Positions 45,641 through 56,771 are shown, counted from the first letter of the stretch. The stretch is 64,000 nucleotides of DNA from a virus (IMGVR_UViG_3300020399_000132:96001-160000), one strand, 5' to 3'. Notes: generated by a model not told the origin, from the sequence alone. Program-made: numbers and translations.

Positions 45641-47037
45641 AGACTTATATCTTTTGAATCATTCGCTATATTTGTATTATTAATGTGATTGTAGAGTTCA
45701 TTCATGTATCCTGAAAACCCTTGTTTTTTAGGCGGGGCAAACTTAAATTCTTTCTTAAATATTTTTACTAATTTTTCTTTTCCTATATCATTTACAAAAG
45801 CATCATTATAAAATATAGTATGATCTAAAAAAGGATTTCTTGACTCTATACAGCTCATTCCTAATGCCAAATTTGCACCGATAGCTGCACAAGGGAGAAA
45901 GGATCTCTGATCCAAATACTTATTTGTTTGAGTTACATTATTAACTTTAGAGATTTGTTTTGCTACTTGATGTTTGTATTTAGCATTTAGGATTTTTCCG
46001 TCAGCTACTCTAGAATATTTGGAAAGTTTATTATCTTTATATAAATCATAACCTCCAAATATTTCATCTGCTCCCTCTCCCGTCAACATTACTTTTACAT
46101 GAGGACTCATTGCTTTACCCATTATATAATAACCAACATAACTCCATGTATAGGGAATCATATATGATTTTTGAATATATTCTATTGCTGCTTCACACCA
46201 TTGTTTTTCATCGTTTTTAACTTCCACTCTAGGCTCAAATCCATATTTTTTAATATCCGCCGAAGCCCAACATTTATCTTCATTAATTGTCGTTACATAA
46301 TGATCTAAACTATCTTTAAAAAGAGCAGATATAACAGAACTATCTACTCCACCCGAAACTATTCCACAATTGACTCGATGACTCGAATATGAACGTTGCA
46401 TGTTTTTTAACAATTGTAATATATTGCCATCATAAACATGTTTCGGTTTAATAACGCGCGATTTAAGAGCTCTACCGCGCATGTTATAAGTGATTATTAA
46501 ACCTTTGGGAAATAACTTAATGTCTTTATAATGTGTTTTATCAAATGTATAATGACGTGTTTGGTGCCAACGTTTGAGGAAGTCTTTATCTAATTTTGTT
46601 TTAACTGTTGTGGCAATAGATTTTATAGTATTGCTATAAATTAAACAATTTTTATTATAATAGAAAAGAGGTACTTGCCCTATAGGATCTCTAATTAATG
46701 TTATAGTTAAATTTTTTTTGTCATAAACAGAAATTGCATATTGTCCGTTCACTTCATCAAAATTATAATCCTGTCTTCTTATTTTTTCTGCTAACCATTC
46801 CGTATCATTAGCAAAACCCTTTGTAGGAGCGTTATATATTTCACCCACATACGTAAAATAATAATCGCCCGTATCAAATACTTGAGAGCCTGGAAATTTT
46901 CCGTTAACGGAAAGAATACTTTGATGGAAAAATGAAGAATTAAAAGTAGCAGAAAAACTAATTTCACCTCTTTCATCTATATCACTGAAATCAGTATCAA
47001 TTAAGGATCTGTCACTTATACCGAAAAAACCACACAT
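45601..47037 (-). CDS. Asparagine synthetase-like glutamine amidotransferase
   Basis: MCG Ntn start, RDPIGQ.PLFY, SGGVDSS, TGEGADEIFGGY. Confidence 0.88.
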   Translation of the reverse strand: MCGFFGISDRSLIDTDFSDIDERGEISFSATFNSSFFHQSILSVNGKFPGSQVFDTGDYYFTYVGEIYNAPTKGFANDTEWLAEKIRRQDYNFDEVNGQYAISVYDKKNLTITLIRDPIGQVPLFYYNKNCLIYSNTIKSIATTVKTKLDKDFLKRWHQTRHYTFDKTHYKDIKLFPKGLIITYNMRGRALKSRVIKPKHVYDGNILQLLKNMQRSYSSHRVNCGIVSGGVDSSVISALFKDSLDHYVTTINEDKCWASADIKKYGFEPRVEVKNDEKQWCEAAIEYIQKSYMIPYTWSYVGYYIMGKAMSPHVKVMLTGEGADEIFGGYDLYKDNKLSKYSRVADGKILNAKYKHQVAKQISKVNNVTQTNKYLDQRSFLPCAAIGANLALGMSCIESRNPFLDHTIFYNDAFVNDIGKEKLVKIFKKEFKFAPPKKQGFSGYMNELYNHINNTNIANDSKDISLWKDACYQIMEAV

Positions 47038-47064
47038 AATAACAATAATATTTAAGCTACATCC

Positions 47065-47355
47065 TTATTCGGGCGCCACACCCCAGTGTATATTTTCTAG
47101 CCCAGCAGGGGTTAACATGCCGGTTTTGGTGTCTTGCGTCTTCAATGAAGAGGCAAGATCAGCCGCATTTGCCTTTTTTTGAACGTATAAAGCCACGTCT
47201 GCTCGTAAAGCATCTTTTATTTCATCCGAGACGGCTTCGTCGAAGACGGTTAGATTATCAATGAATTCCTCCGCTTCTGCATCCGAAGGTGCTCTGCTGC
47301 CAAAACTGCTAAGTGCCCTAATAGCCTCAGTATGAATTTCGTTTTTATCTGCCAT
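47065..47355 (-). CDS. Hypothetical protein, possible fibre chaperone
   Basis: Small ORF directly after tail-fibre gene. Confidence 0.4.
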   Translation of the reverse strand: MADKNEIHTEAIRALSSFGSRAPSDAEAEEFIDNLTVFDEAVSDEIKDALRADVALYVQKKANAADLASSLKTQDTKTGMLTPAGLENIHWGVAPE

Positions 47356-47366
47356 AGGTTATCCTT

Positions 47367-49265
47367 TTATGCTCTAATTAATAGCTGTGTCGCCGAAAGT
47401 GCAGTTCCTGCTATAACAGATGGTGAACCTGCAGTAGTTGATAAGGTTCCATCCGGCAGTACATAATATGTAGATCCTGTTGTTAAACCTGATTGAGAAT
47501 CATCAACAGATGAACTAGCTAATTGAACTGTAGCTGTGGCACCATCCGCATATGCGGCATCAACAATACCTATATAATTATGCGCAGTAAGATTCTGAAC
47601 TCCTGGTGATCCAAGGGCAATGGAAGAAAATTTAGTGTGGTTGCCGGATCCAGTTGCGCGCAAGCCGTTTATCATCAACTTCATTCCAGTTGAATTTACT
47701 GCCATGTGCCAAGGAAAAGCTACTCCCATATTATCATTGTTATAAAAAAGATCAAACCATTGATGAGGATGACATTGGGTAAAAGAACCGGGGGTCGTTA
47801 TAGTAGTCCCAGTAATATCAAAAGCTTGAACATACAAATATCCTACCATACCTCCTGACGGCATTTTAGTTGTTCCAGCATAAAATCTGCCTGCTGCAGC
47901 ACCCACGCCAAATACAATTTGCCATGGTTGGGTATTAACAGCCGGATAGGACGGATAGGCTCGATATACCGTTCCCCAAGATACAGAAGATCCACTTACT
48001 GTTCCAACGACAAACACCGGATCATTATCATAAGAAGTCCCAGAAAGTGTTTGCTGACCTGAAAAAACGATTTGATTTGCTATACTTGGATTCCATTCGA
48101 CCCAATGTTCACCTCGACCGGTTATAGCGCAGGACTGCGTGGACATGTTTATTTCTGATCCCAATGTGATGGAGGTTGAACCATTTGTAGTACAAATATA
48201 CAAAGAAGGACAAGATTGATTACCACTTGCATTATATGGAGGAGAATCATTATTCATCATCCCTGTAACTAAGAATTTATTCGCAGTATTCGGGTCAAAT
48301 CGTAAACTTCTAACTTGGCCACCACCATACCACCAATGGGCATCATTCATTTCGAGGGGGTACCCTCCTTGCGGCCAAGCCACACTTCCTTTACTCGGAC
48401 TAGTTGCATCATCCGCAACTACACCGCATATGATTGCAGGCATGCGCCTCGCTTTTTTACCAGTATTGGGACCGCCATAAGCCGTGGACCAATTATCATA
48501 CTGAAGAGCCCAATGATTAGTTGATGAAAAATAATCCCAACTAAAACAGAAACTACCTTCATGGGAGCCATAATTGACCCATTCAGCTAGTATCATAGAG
48601 GAAACCATAGTTATTGATGTTCCTGATACAACTCCAAATCTAAGGTAAGCTTTATTGTATGTTCCGTATGCGACTGCAAACAAATTTGGGGTACTAGGAT
48701 GAAAGTGGATGCAACAAGGGCTATGGTCACCCTCTCCGTCGATTTGCACCGCAGATCCAAATGATATGGTTGAACCAGACATTGTTCCTATTTTACAATG
48801 GAGTGTACCGTTATAAGAACCATATCCTACTATAAATTTATCTTCGTCGTTTGGATCCCAAGAAATCCACGGTTTATGCGATGGGGGATCCGGTTTGTTA
48901 GCTGATGAGGACGTGCCCTGAGCTTCCGCTTCTTTACCGCACCTGAGACCAAAAGTTTGATTTTGGTTACCGGGAGTAACATTATCACTCGCTGTACCTG
49001 CATCATTAGCTACTTCAATTTTTCCATCTGAGCGAATCAGAACTCTATCTCCATTGGATAATGCTCCTTCTGCTACAGCGTCCCAAGTGGAACCGGCTGG
49101 AGCAGTAAAAGCCGGATCCGGAGCTTCAACAGCCCAATTTGTTCCATCACTTGTTAAAAGTGTTCCGTCGGCTCCTGGAGTCGGCAAAATTGGAATATCT
49201 GCTCTTGAGAGTCCATCCCAAATTTTACCGGAGTTTGAACCTACTTTATTAACAATTCCGCTCAT
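47367..49265 (-). CDS. Tail fibre/receptor-binding-like protein
   Basis: G/S/T-rich; GTLLTSDGTNW; homologous to both halves of 49678-53514. Confidence 0.7.
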   Translation of the reverse strand: MSGIVNKVGSNSGKIWDGLSRADIPILPTPGADGTLLTSDGTNWAVEAPDPAFTAPAGSTWDAVAEGALSNGDRVLIRSDGKIEVANDAGTASDNVTPGNQNQTFGLRCGKEAEAQGTSSSANKPDPPSHKPWISWDPNDEDKFIVGYGSYNGTLHCKIGTMSGSTISFGSAVQIDGEGDHSPCCIHFHPSTPNLFAVAYGTYNKAYLRFGVVSGTSITMVSSMILAEWVNYGSHEGSFCFSWDYFSSTNHWALQYDNWSTAYGGPNTGKKARRMPAIICGVVADDATSPSKGSVAWPQGGYPLEMNDAHWWYGGGQVRSLRFDPNTANKFLVTGMMNNDSPPYNASGNQSCPSLYICTTNGSTSITLGSEINMSTQSCAITGRGEHWVEWNPSIANQIVFSGQQTLSGTSYDNDPVFVVGTVSGSSVSWGTVYRAYPSYPAVNTQPWQIVFGVGAAAGRFYAGTTKMPSGGMVGYLYVQAFDITGTTITTPGSFTQCHPHQWFDLFYNNDNMGVAFPWHMAVNSTGMKLMINGLRATGSGNHTKFSSIALGSPGVQNLTAHNYIGIVDAAYADGATATVQLASSSVDDSQSGLTTGSTYYVLPDGTLSTTAGSPSVIAGTALSATQLLIRA

Positions 49266-49274
49266 TTATGTCTC

Positions 49275-49631
49275 CTATGTCCAATCTTGATCAATATATG
49301 AAACTACAACGTCAACATCGGCACCGCCTGCTCCGTTTGTCACAACACAAAGTGCATCTGTTCCAGATAGGACGAGCCTATCATTATATACGAAGGTTTC
49401 ATTTGCGCCAAGCGCATTTTCAGAAAGGATTTCGTAATCTGTTCCGCCTGCATTATCATCAACATACATATCAAATGTTTCTGCCGCGCCGGCCGTTTCA
49501 CACAATGTAACACTTAATATCGTATAGATATGATTTGCAACACCACCCAAAACAACGCTTTCTGAATTAGTAACACCTGCTGTTAATGCTACTTTTAAAA
49601 CTTCTGTTCCGCTGCCGCTAGGTATAGCCAT
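49275..49631 (-). CDS. Small virion structural protein
   Basis: Beta-rich; in structural operon. Confidence 0.55.
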   Translation of the reverse strand: MAIPSGSGTEVLKVALTAGVTNSESVVLGGVANHIYTILSVTLCETAGAAETFDMYVDDNAGGTDYEILSENALGANETFVYNDRLVLSGTDALCVVTNGAGGADVDVVVSYIDQDWT

Positions 49632-49677
49632 TTTTTATTTCTCCTTAAATTTTTTATTAGTCAAAAATCAAATTAAA

Positions 49678-52600
49678 TTATAAAAATAATCCTTGATGTA
49701 GTGGTTTCAAAGTCCCGAGTGCTCTTGCATCTCCGGAAGTCCAATTTGTTCCATCACTTGTTAAAATTTTTCCTGTTGTTCCTGGTAATGGTAATTGCGA
49801 ACCCACCACGCCTGGACGAGTGGCAGCAATTAATAATGTTGTTGCTGAAAGTGCTGTGCCAGCGAAAACGGAAGGTGTACCTGGAGTTGTAGCTAAAGAC
49901 CCATTAGGTTGTATGTAATATGTAGAACCGGTTGTTAGGCCCGATTGAGCGTCATCTACCACTCCAGAAAGTTGAATTGTTGCTGTCGCACCGGATGCAT
50001 ATACACCATCGGAAATTCCTAAGAAATTATCTGCAGTAAGATTTGTTACTCCTTCTCCTCCGATTGTACCAGTAGTAATTTTAGTATCTCCAGTTGATTC
50101 GAGATGGGTCACCATAAATTTCTTTCCGGAAGGTGAAACCGCGGCGTGCCAAGGATAAGTTGTAGTATTATCAAGCCAGTTGTGAGCAGCAATTGTTACC
50201 GGGGAACCAACCTCCGATATAGTAGTACCAGTAATATCAAAAGCTTGGCACACTAGTGGACGTGGATCAGTGCTGTTTCCTGTATAAATGGTTGTTACGC
50301 CGTAAAATCTACCTTGCGCGGCGCCAAGTCCAAAGAAAATATTCCATGGTTGTGCCGTGGAAGTGTTTGAGGCTGTTGGGGTAAACCTAGATCCCCAAGA
50401 TACTGAAGTTCCACTTACTGTTCCTACGCACATTGTAGCGGGCTGATATGTCTTACCTGAAAACACGATTTGGTTTGGTATACCAGGATTCCATTCGCAG
50501 TAAGCACCGGCATCACTATTATCTACACCTTGTCCCACAAGCTGTATTTCTGAACCCATACTAGGATAATTATTTGAATCTAAATTAACTATGCGTAAAG
50601 CGTGAGCAATTCCGCCTCCTCCTGAAGGATAATGATGTACAAAAAAGAATTTCTTGTGAGTATTAGGATCAAATCGTAAAGATTTAATTTGTCCACCGCC
50701 CCATTGATAATTACCAGCAGAGGTAAGCCCTCGTGGCCATGTTGCTGAACCTGGAGTTATACTAACAGCGTCCTGAGTAACTTTACCTGCTCTCAGAACC
50801 GCCATTCGATAGTTAGTTGCACCGGCAAAATCAAACCAACAATCCATGACACAAGCATATTCTCTGTGAGTACCACTTGAATTGCGATCCCAATCAAATG
50901 CGAAATTACCTTTTTCGAAACGAGGTACACTCGAGCCGTATGAAGCACCCAGATGCATATTAAGAACAGATTTGGCTACAAATCGCTCAGTCGGTGCGTT
51001 TTCAATCATTCCAAATTTAAGTATTGGACTTTTTGTACCGGTATAGTCGGCGCCGTATGCAATTGCTACCAAATCAGCTACATCTGGATGAAAATGTATA
51101 GCAACAGGACTACTATCGTCATCCGTATCGATATCAACTGGAGTACCTAATGATAAAGTTGTACCAGATATTGTTCCTACTACGGCCCTTGGATAACCTG
51201 TTCCGAGTGGAGCGTTTTCGTCTTTATATCCTATGATGAATCTATTCTCGTCAAGTGGATCCCAAGAAATGAACGCTTTCTGCTGTGGTTGTTCTGTTGC
51301 ACCACTGCCTAGAGCCACTGTAGGTTCATCCATCCTTCCACCCATCGTTTGCGATTGAGTATCGGAAGTTGGAACATCCAGCGGTGGTGGACTATTGGCA
51401 ATTAGTTTAGCCGTTCCATCTGCTTGAAGAATAACTTTATTTCCATTTGCCAAAGATCCAGATGCAACAATTTGTAAAGTATCGACGGCGTAAGCTAGTG
51501 TTGTTGCCGCCGCAATTGCGTCTGTTTCTGCTTGGTCTGCTTTAGTAGTTGCGTCGGTTGCGGCATTGGTTGTTATGGTAGTATCGGCTGCTGCTCTAGT
51601 TGCTGCTTCGGCCGCTATGGCTGCTGCTGATGTAGTCCTTGACTGTGATTCAACTTTGGAATCAGCAATTAATATTTTCGTTGCAGAAACTGCCGTACCC
51701 ACTAAAACTTCTGGTGTGGCCGCAGTTGTAGCTAAAGATCCATCGCTCTGTACATAATATTTGGATCCTATTGTTAAACCTGATTGAGCATCGTCAACGG
51801 CGCCGGGAAGTTGAATTGTTGCTGTTGCTCCATCAGCATATACCCCATCGGAAAGTCCTAAGAAATTATCTGCAGTAAGATTGGTTCCACCTGCACCTAC
51901 AAACTCAGATAGTGAAAGTTCATGAAAAGCGGAATGCATTCCCGATGGAAAATACATAGCAATAATTCTGGTTAATCCATCACTGGCTGCACAGAAAGAC
52001 CGTTGATAATAATTACCAATGTTTGGTTCAGTTCCATAGTTGGGATTACTAATGATCACCTGCGCCCATGGAGCAGATATAGTAGTACCAGACCATGAAA
52101 AGGCTCGGTGATATATTTGATAGTTTTCATATCCAACGGCATAAATTTTGTCGGCATTAAACTCCATTATGAACCAAGGGAATTTAACAGCACCGGTACC
52201 CACTGAGGAGACCTCAAAAGGCTGAGTCGGACCAGCGGAACCGGGAATGTTAGCAACAGTTCCTGAAACAGTAGCTATTTGAAAGTGTGGTCTCGAGGCG
52301 CGGTTTGGTGCAACAAATGATATTAAGAGAGTATCTGCTACGGCGGAATTCCATAATATGTTAGACATAGTTGCCCTGTCTCCTCCGCCACCGCCATCAA
52401 TATCATATGGGGAACCAAGAGTAATAGTGGTTCCTGAAATAGTACCAATAAATAATTGAAGTTTTGAATTTCCCGGGACTGTTTTATCATCCCAGTTTGC
52501 ATATGCAAACTTACCTGCAGTATTCGGATCGAATGCAACGGGTCTTTCATAATGTTCCCAAGCAAATTCCTGCGCGGATGTTTGTAGTCCGTACGGCGAG

Positions 52601-53514
52601 GTTCCTTGGCTCCAATTCTGGGGGCTGCCAAAAACGATATTTGTTCCATTATTATCACATGTCCCTGCAACTAGGAAGGTCGGTCTATGACTCATATTCA
52701 TCATGTCCATCATGCCTGAGAATGAGAGCAAAAATCGATTTGTAGTTGTATACGCAATATCCCAATCAAAATAACCATACGTTGCTTGCGAATCGTAGTT
52801 CATGCCGGTGCCCATATTCATAGCAGTTCCGAGATTTACGTTTGCAACAACCGCAGTAATCGATGAACCAGTTGCTAAGTAAGTAGATACTGACCATCCA
52901 TTCGTTTGCTGTGCCCAAGCAACCGCGACTAAATTTGGAGTGACAGGATGATATTTTACTTTCGGGCCTTCACTAAAATTATTATTAGGGCTCACTGCAA
53001 ATGGTGTGCCCATTGATATAGTATTGCCACTTAGTGTGCCTACATTAATCATCAACTCATAACCCATACCATTATTTCTGAATAATATTACAAATTTGGT
53101 TGGGTCATTCGGATCAAAATCAACAGAACAGGAATGGTCTGCCGACCAGGAAGCATGTGCCAAGGTACGGGTGTCAGTGCCCTGTGAAAGTGGTACGTCC
53201 AGCGGAGCAACAGGTATATCGACTATTTCAACTTTTCCATCTGATCTAAGAATAACTGTTCTTCCATCGGTCAGTGCTCCGGATGCAACAGCTTCCGTTG
53301 AACCGCCGCCGCCGCCTGCTGATACCGCGGAAACCCAATTTGATCCGTCAAATGTTAAAACTTCATCTTGATTACCTACTGGCAGTTCCAGATGTCCAGG
53401 ATCTTGAGTCTGCCAAGTTCCGGATCCATCACTTTTTAAAACTTGTCCTGCTGTACCTGGATTTGGGATTCGCGAATCATTTGTAGTTCCTGCAATAGTA
53501 CCGATATATGGCAT
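49678..53514 (-). CDS. Large tail fibre-like protein with two tandem homologous modules
   Basis: GQVLKSDG, VLTFDG, ILTSDG linkers; duplicated NLTADNFLG...GTA.SAT module; start MPYIG. Confidence 0.75.
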   Translation of the reverse strand: MPYIGTIAGTTNDSRIPNPGTAGQVLKSDGSGTWQTQDPGHLELPVGNQDEVLTFDGSNWVSAVSAGGGGGSTEAVASGALTDGRTVILRSDGKVEIVDIPVAPLDVPLSQGTDTRTLAHASWSADHSCSVDFDPNDPTKFVILFRNNGMGYELMINVGTLSGNTISMGTPFAVSPNNNFSEGPKVKYHPVTPNLVAVAWAQQTNGWSVSTYLATGSSITAVVANVNLGTAMNMGTGMNYDSQATYGYFDWDIAYTTTNRFLLSFSGMMDMMNMSHRPTFLVAGTCDNNGTNIVFGSPQNWSQGTSPYGLQTSAQEFAWEHYERPVAFDPNTAGKFAYANWDDKTVPGNSKLQLFIGTISGTTITLGSPYDIDGGGGGDRATMSNILWNSAVADTLLISFVAPNRASRPHFQIATVSGTVANIPGSAGPTQPFEVSSVGTGAVKFPWFIMEFNADKIYAVGYENYQIYHRAFSWSGTTISAPWAQVIISNPNYGTEPNIGNYYQRSFCAASDGLTRIIAMYFPSGMHSAFHELSLSEFVGAGGTNLTADNFLGLSDGVYADGATATIQLPGAVDDAQSGLTIGSKYYVQSDGSLATTAATPEVLVGTAVSATKILIADSKVESQSRTTSAAAIAAEAATRAAADTTITTNAATDATTKADQAETDAIAAATTLAYAVDTLQIVASGSLANGNKVILQADGTAKLIANSPPPLDVPTSDTQSQTMGGRMDEPTVALGSGATEQPQQKAFISWDPLDENRFIIGYKDENAPLGTGYPRAVVGTISGTTLSLGTPVDIDTDDDSSPVAIHFHPDVADLVAIAYGADYTGTKSPILKFGMIENAPTERFVAKSVLNMHLGASYGSSVPRFEKGNFAFDWDRNSSGTHREYACVMDCWFDFAGATNYRMAVLRAGKVTQDAVSITPGSATWPRGLTSAGNYQWGGGQIKSLRFDPNTHKKFFFVHHYPSGGGGIAHALRIVNLDSNNYPSMGSEIQLVGQGVDNSDAGAYCEWNPGIPNQIVFSGKTYQPATMCVGTVSGTSVSWGSRFTPTASNTSTAQPWNIFFGLGAAQGRFYGVTTIYTGNSTDPRPLVCQAFDITGTTISEVGSPVTIAAHNWLDNTTTYPWHAAVSPSGKKFMVTHLESTGDTKITTGTIGGEGVTNLTADNFLGISDGVYASGATATIQLSGVVDDAQSGLTTGSTYYIQPNGSLATTPGTPSVFAGTALSATTLLIAATRPGVVGSQLPLPGTTGKILTSDGTNWTSGDARALGTLKPLHQGLFL

Positions 53515-53515
53515 T

Positions 53516-53845
53516 TTATGTAATCTCCAAAAAAGACATAAGTACGTCAATACTGGACGCGGTGTCTGATGTTATAACTATTTTATCTCCTGTCATTAAA
53601 ACTACTTTCTGATCGCCACCAATTACTACTAGCGCCGTTTCCGTTGGAATGGGGATGTTTTTAGCTATATTCGTTGTGTTTGACCCATCATTTATCGCAA
53701 TGGTTGCTTTGATATTAGAAGCAGTTATATTTGCAAGTGACAAACCTATTACTGTTACTTCAGTGGCGCTCGGAACAGCATTTCCAACATCTGTTGGGGC
53801 TGTGCCTACTGCTCTTTCTGTGCTATTCTTAAAAGTACTTGCCAT
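53516..53845 (-). CDS. Virion structural protein
   Basis: MASTFK...IGGDQKVVL..GD...S.LEIT pattern of marine T4-like virion proteins. Confidence 0.65.
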   Translation of the reverse strand: MASTFKNSTERAVGTAPTDVGNAVPSATEVTVIGLSLANITASNIKATIAINDGSNTTNIAKNIPIPTETALVVIGGDQKVVLMTGDKIVITSDTASSIDVLMSFLEIT

Positions 53846-53858
53846 AATTTATTTATCC

Positions 53859-54458
53859 TTATCCTAGTGCAATTGCCATTGCTATCGCAATTCCTGTGAC
53901 AAACTGACCTGTGGCGGTGGCAGTTCCGACAGCTAAATCAGTGGTTTCCCAAAATAAACCAGTAGAATTGGAATACAGCTTATTTGCTGTTACTGTTGGT
54001 TTGCTTACGTGGTCTGTTATTTTTATAGAAGTTCCGGTAGCAAGTTCTGATACTTTAAGACCCCCTGTTGAATTAGCTGCTAATATTGTAGCTGCACTTG
54101 CGGCACTAGTATCGTCAGAAGAAGTAATCGAGTGTGTATGTGATCCGACAGAGGCGGCATCTGTAGTAATAGCTGTTAATGTATCCGGAGTACCTAACGT
54201 AATTGTTTGTGTATCATTTCCATCCGCACCGCCTGGTCGAACAGATACTTGCATTCCATTGCCGGCAACAACTTCATCTAATCGGCCAGCATCAACCGAA
54301 GTTTTCATCTGGGCATGTGTTCTATAATGGGCTACTCCACTTGGCGACAATGAAAGAATTCTTCCACCGGTTGCTGGAGACCCACCTGAAATATTGGCAA
54401 GTTTAAAATCTCCCTCTACTTCTATTCCGCCTGCTGCTTTAAATGGTACTGTTGACAT
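53859..54458 (-). CDS. Virion/tail fibre protein
   Basis: C-terminal AIAMAIALG; shares ~110-aa module with 54464-55792. Confidence 0.65.
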   Translation of the reverse strand: MSTVPFKAAGGIEVEGDFKLANISGGSPATGGRILSLSPSGVAHYRTHAQMKTSVDAGRLDEVVAGNGMQVSVRPGGADGNDTQTITLGTPDTLTAITTDAASVGSHTHSITSSDDTSAASAATILAANSTGGLKVSELATGTSIKITDHVSKPTVTANKLYSNSTGLFWETTDLAVGTATATGQFVTGIAIAMAIALG

Positions 54459-54463
54459 GTCGT

Positions 54464-55792
54464 TTATACGCTATGAAAGGTTGCTTCTACTTTGGCTACT
54501 ATTTGAACTCCGTCTCCATTGAGAACGTTCATTCCTATATGAGTTGCACCTAATGTAGAACCCGAACCATCGGTTGTATCAAAAGTTATTGTTGCAGTAA
54601 TATCATGACCTAATCCACCATATTGATTATTTTCTACTGTTCCGCTTCCACTTTCACAAAATAAATACTTGCGAAATTCAGTTTCATTAGCTCCAGCTTT
54701 TAATTTTAAGGCCACTTCTCCTGCAGACCAACTCGCTATGGGAACTTCAAATAACCATGCATCAGCTGCATTCGCAATAGTAGCTTCTGCTACTAAAGTT
54801 CGTGTTATATCTTTTTTAAACGTATCGGTCCAAGTAGTTAAATCTCCGCCGATTACTGCTGCTTTCGCAATTCCTAAACCACCGGATGAAAGTAATTGTC
54901 CTGATGTATTAGATGTAGCATTTACGGTTCCGTCTGCATGTACAACATTAGCAAAAAGAGATAATGCTACTCCTACTCCACCATCAGTTTGAATTGAACC
55001 GGTTGTTCCACTTGATGCATCTGCTGTACCTTCAACTACTATAGCATCTTGAACTGTTACTGTACCTTGATTCGTATCAGCATAATCCGTAACAGTTATA
55101 CTACCTGTTGATAATCCACCATCAGTAGTTGTAATAAATGCAAATTCATCTTCTGATTCGTCCCATACAAAAGCGACGTTCGCGGAATTACCTCTGTTGA
55201 TCATAAGACCTTGATCATGGGTAGGATCAACAAGATCGCCATTTGCGGATAAAGTAATTAAAGGATCACTGACACTTAAATTCGTTGCATTAACATATGT
55301 AAGTGCTCCGTCAACGAATAAACTTCCATCAATAGCTACATTAGCTGAAAATGTAGCATCTCCGGCTGCTGCGAATTCCTCTACTTTAACTCCACCAGTT
55401 GAATTTGCTGATAATATTACAGTTGAGGTTGCTCCGCTAGTATCATCAGAATGAGTAATCGCGTGTGTATGAGAATCTGCTGTAACTGCGTCTGTGGTAA
55501 TGGTCGTTAATGTGGTTGGAGTATCTAATGTGATCGTTTGTGTATCGGCTCCAACTCCACCACCTTGCTTTGCAGAAACACCAATACCGTCGCCGGCTAC
55601 TACTGATTCTAATTCACCTGCATCTATTTCTGCTTTTACTTGTGCGAATGTACGGACATGGACATTAGAACTATTATCTATTTCTAAAATTTTACCGCCG
55701 GTTGCGACTGTGCCGTCGGCAGGAGTATTATTAAGAGTTAAATTCCCGTCAGAAATTAAACCACTTCTTACTCTAAACTGTTTCATTGCCAT
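54464..55792 (-). CDS. Tail fibre-like structural protein
   Basis: V.DPLITL..., FVWDESEDEF, GGVGVA/GGLGIAK repeats. Confidence 0.7.
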   Translation of the reverse strand: MAMKQFRVRSGLISDGNLTLNNTPADGTVATGGKILEIDNSSNVHVRTFAQVKAEIDAGELESVVAGDGIGVSAKQGGGVGADTQTITLDTPTTLTTITTDAVTADSHTHAITHSDDTSGATSTVILSANSTGGVKVEEFAAAGDATFSANVAIDGSLFVDGALTYVNATNLSVSDPLITLSANGDLVDPTHDQGLMINRGNSANVAFVWDESEDEFAFITTTDGGLSTGSITVTDYADTNQGTVTVQDAIVVEGTADASSGTTGSIQTDGGVGVALSLFANVVHADGTVNATSNTSGQLLSSGGLGIAKAAVIGGDLTTWTDTFKKDITRTLVAEATIANAADAWLFEVPIASWSAGEVALKLKAGANETEFRKYLFCESGSGTVENNQYGGLGHDITATITFDTTDGSGSTLGATHIGMNVLNGDGVQIVAKVEATFHSV

Positions 55793-55823
55793 TGTTAATC
55801 TTCCTTAAATGTTCTGCTAAAGG

Positions 55824-56750
55824 TTAAGGTGCCCATGGAGTTCCGTCATAATTGGTACACACTGTTCGATGAACAGTAACTACTTGTTGATCAGAAGAAG
55901 TAGTAACTTTTAATCGAACATCCGTCGCTAATATATCTGCCGCTATACCGGGTTCAATTGAAATCGCACCTAATTCCACTTCCCCATAAATTACATGTTC
56001 TGTATCTGTTCCATCATGAACTAATGCTACCTCACCGGTCCAATATGCCGTCGTGCCCAAAGTGTAATCTTCACAGGTGACAATGTACTTAGCGGATCTG
56101 AATGTATTTATATTAAAAGTATCTGCAACAACCTCTCCTGCAGTGACGGCAAGTGTTCGTGAAGTGGAAAACATCATGTCAGAATTAACTGTAAAAGTAC
56201 CCTTAACCTGAAAGTCTTCAAATTCAAGCATATTTGTATTAACAGCTTTCCATGCGCTCAATGAATCATTATATTGCCACATCATACCATCAGCATATAC
56301 TGATGCTGCAACGTCTTCTAATTCTCCGATACCTTTTTGAGAAATATCTAAACTCTCTGGAGTTGTACCGGGACCAGCAACCCACTTTGATGTAGCTTTA
56401 TCCCAGTTTAAGATATCTCCGTTTGCGATTCCCTCTATAGTAACATCAGTTAATGCGGATATTTTTAATTGATCTCCAAAAGCTAATAATCTAGTTCCGG
56501 TGATAGTGGTAGACCCTATCATAACATTAGCACCAAAATCTAAATATTCAACACCATCTTGTTCTGTTATTCCAATTGATTTGGTAGATAATGTAAGAGT
56601 ATTACCTTGAAGATATAAATCACCAAACGGCGCTTCCGTGGTACCCAGTCCGACAGGATTGTTACCGGGTTCCGGAGCTTTAGGCTTTAAGTTGACCGTT
56701 AAATTTTCTAAATCAATTATACCTAATGATACAGTTGCTTGCTGTTGCAT
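55824..56750 (-). CDS. Virion structural protein, paralog A
   Basis: FGDLYLQGNTL, L.DV..G.IL.W repeats, FRSAKYIV..VHDG. Confidence 0.7.
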   Translation of the reverse strand: MQQQATVSLGIIDLENLTVNLKPKAPEPGNNPVGLGTTEAPFGDLYLQGNTLTLSTKSIGITEQDGVEYLDFGANVMIGSTTITGTRLLAFGDQLKISALTDVTIEGIANGDILNWDKATSKWVAGPGTTPESLDISQKGIGELEDVAASVYADGMMWQYNDSLSAWKAVNTNMLEFEDFQVKGTFTVNSDMMFSTSRTLAVTAGEVVADTFNINTFRSAKYIVTCEDYTLGTTAYWTGEVALVHDGTDTEHVIYGEVELGAISIEPGIAADILATDVRLKVTTSSDQQVVTVHRTVCTNYDGTPWAP

Positions 56751-56771
56751 TAATTAAATTCCTCAGATGTT

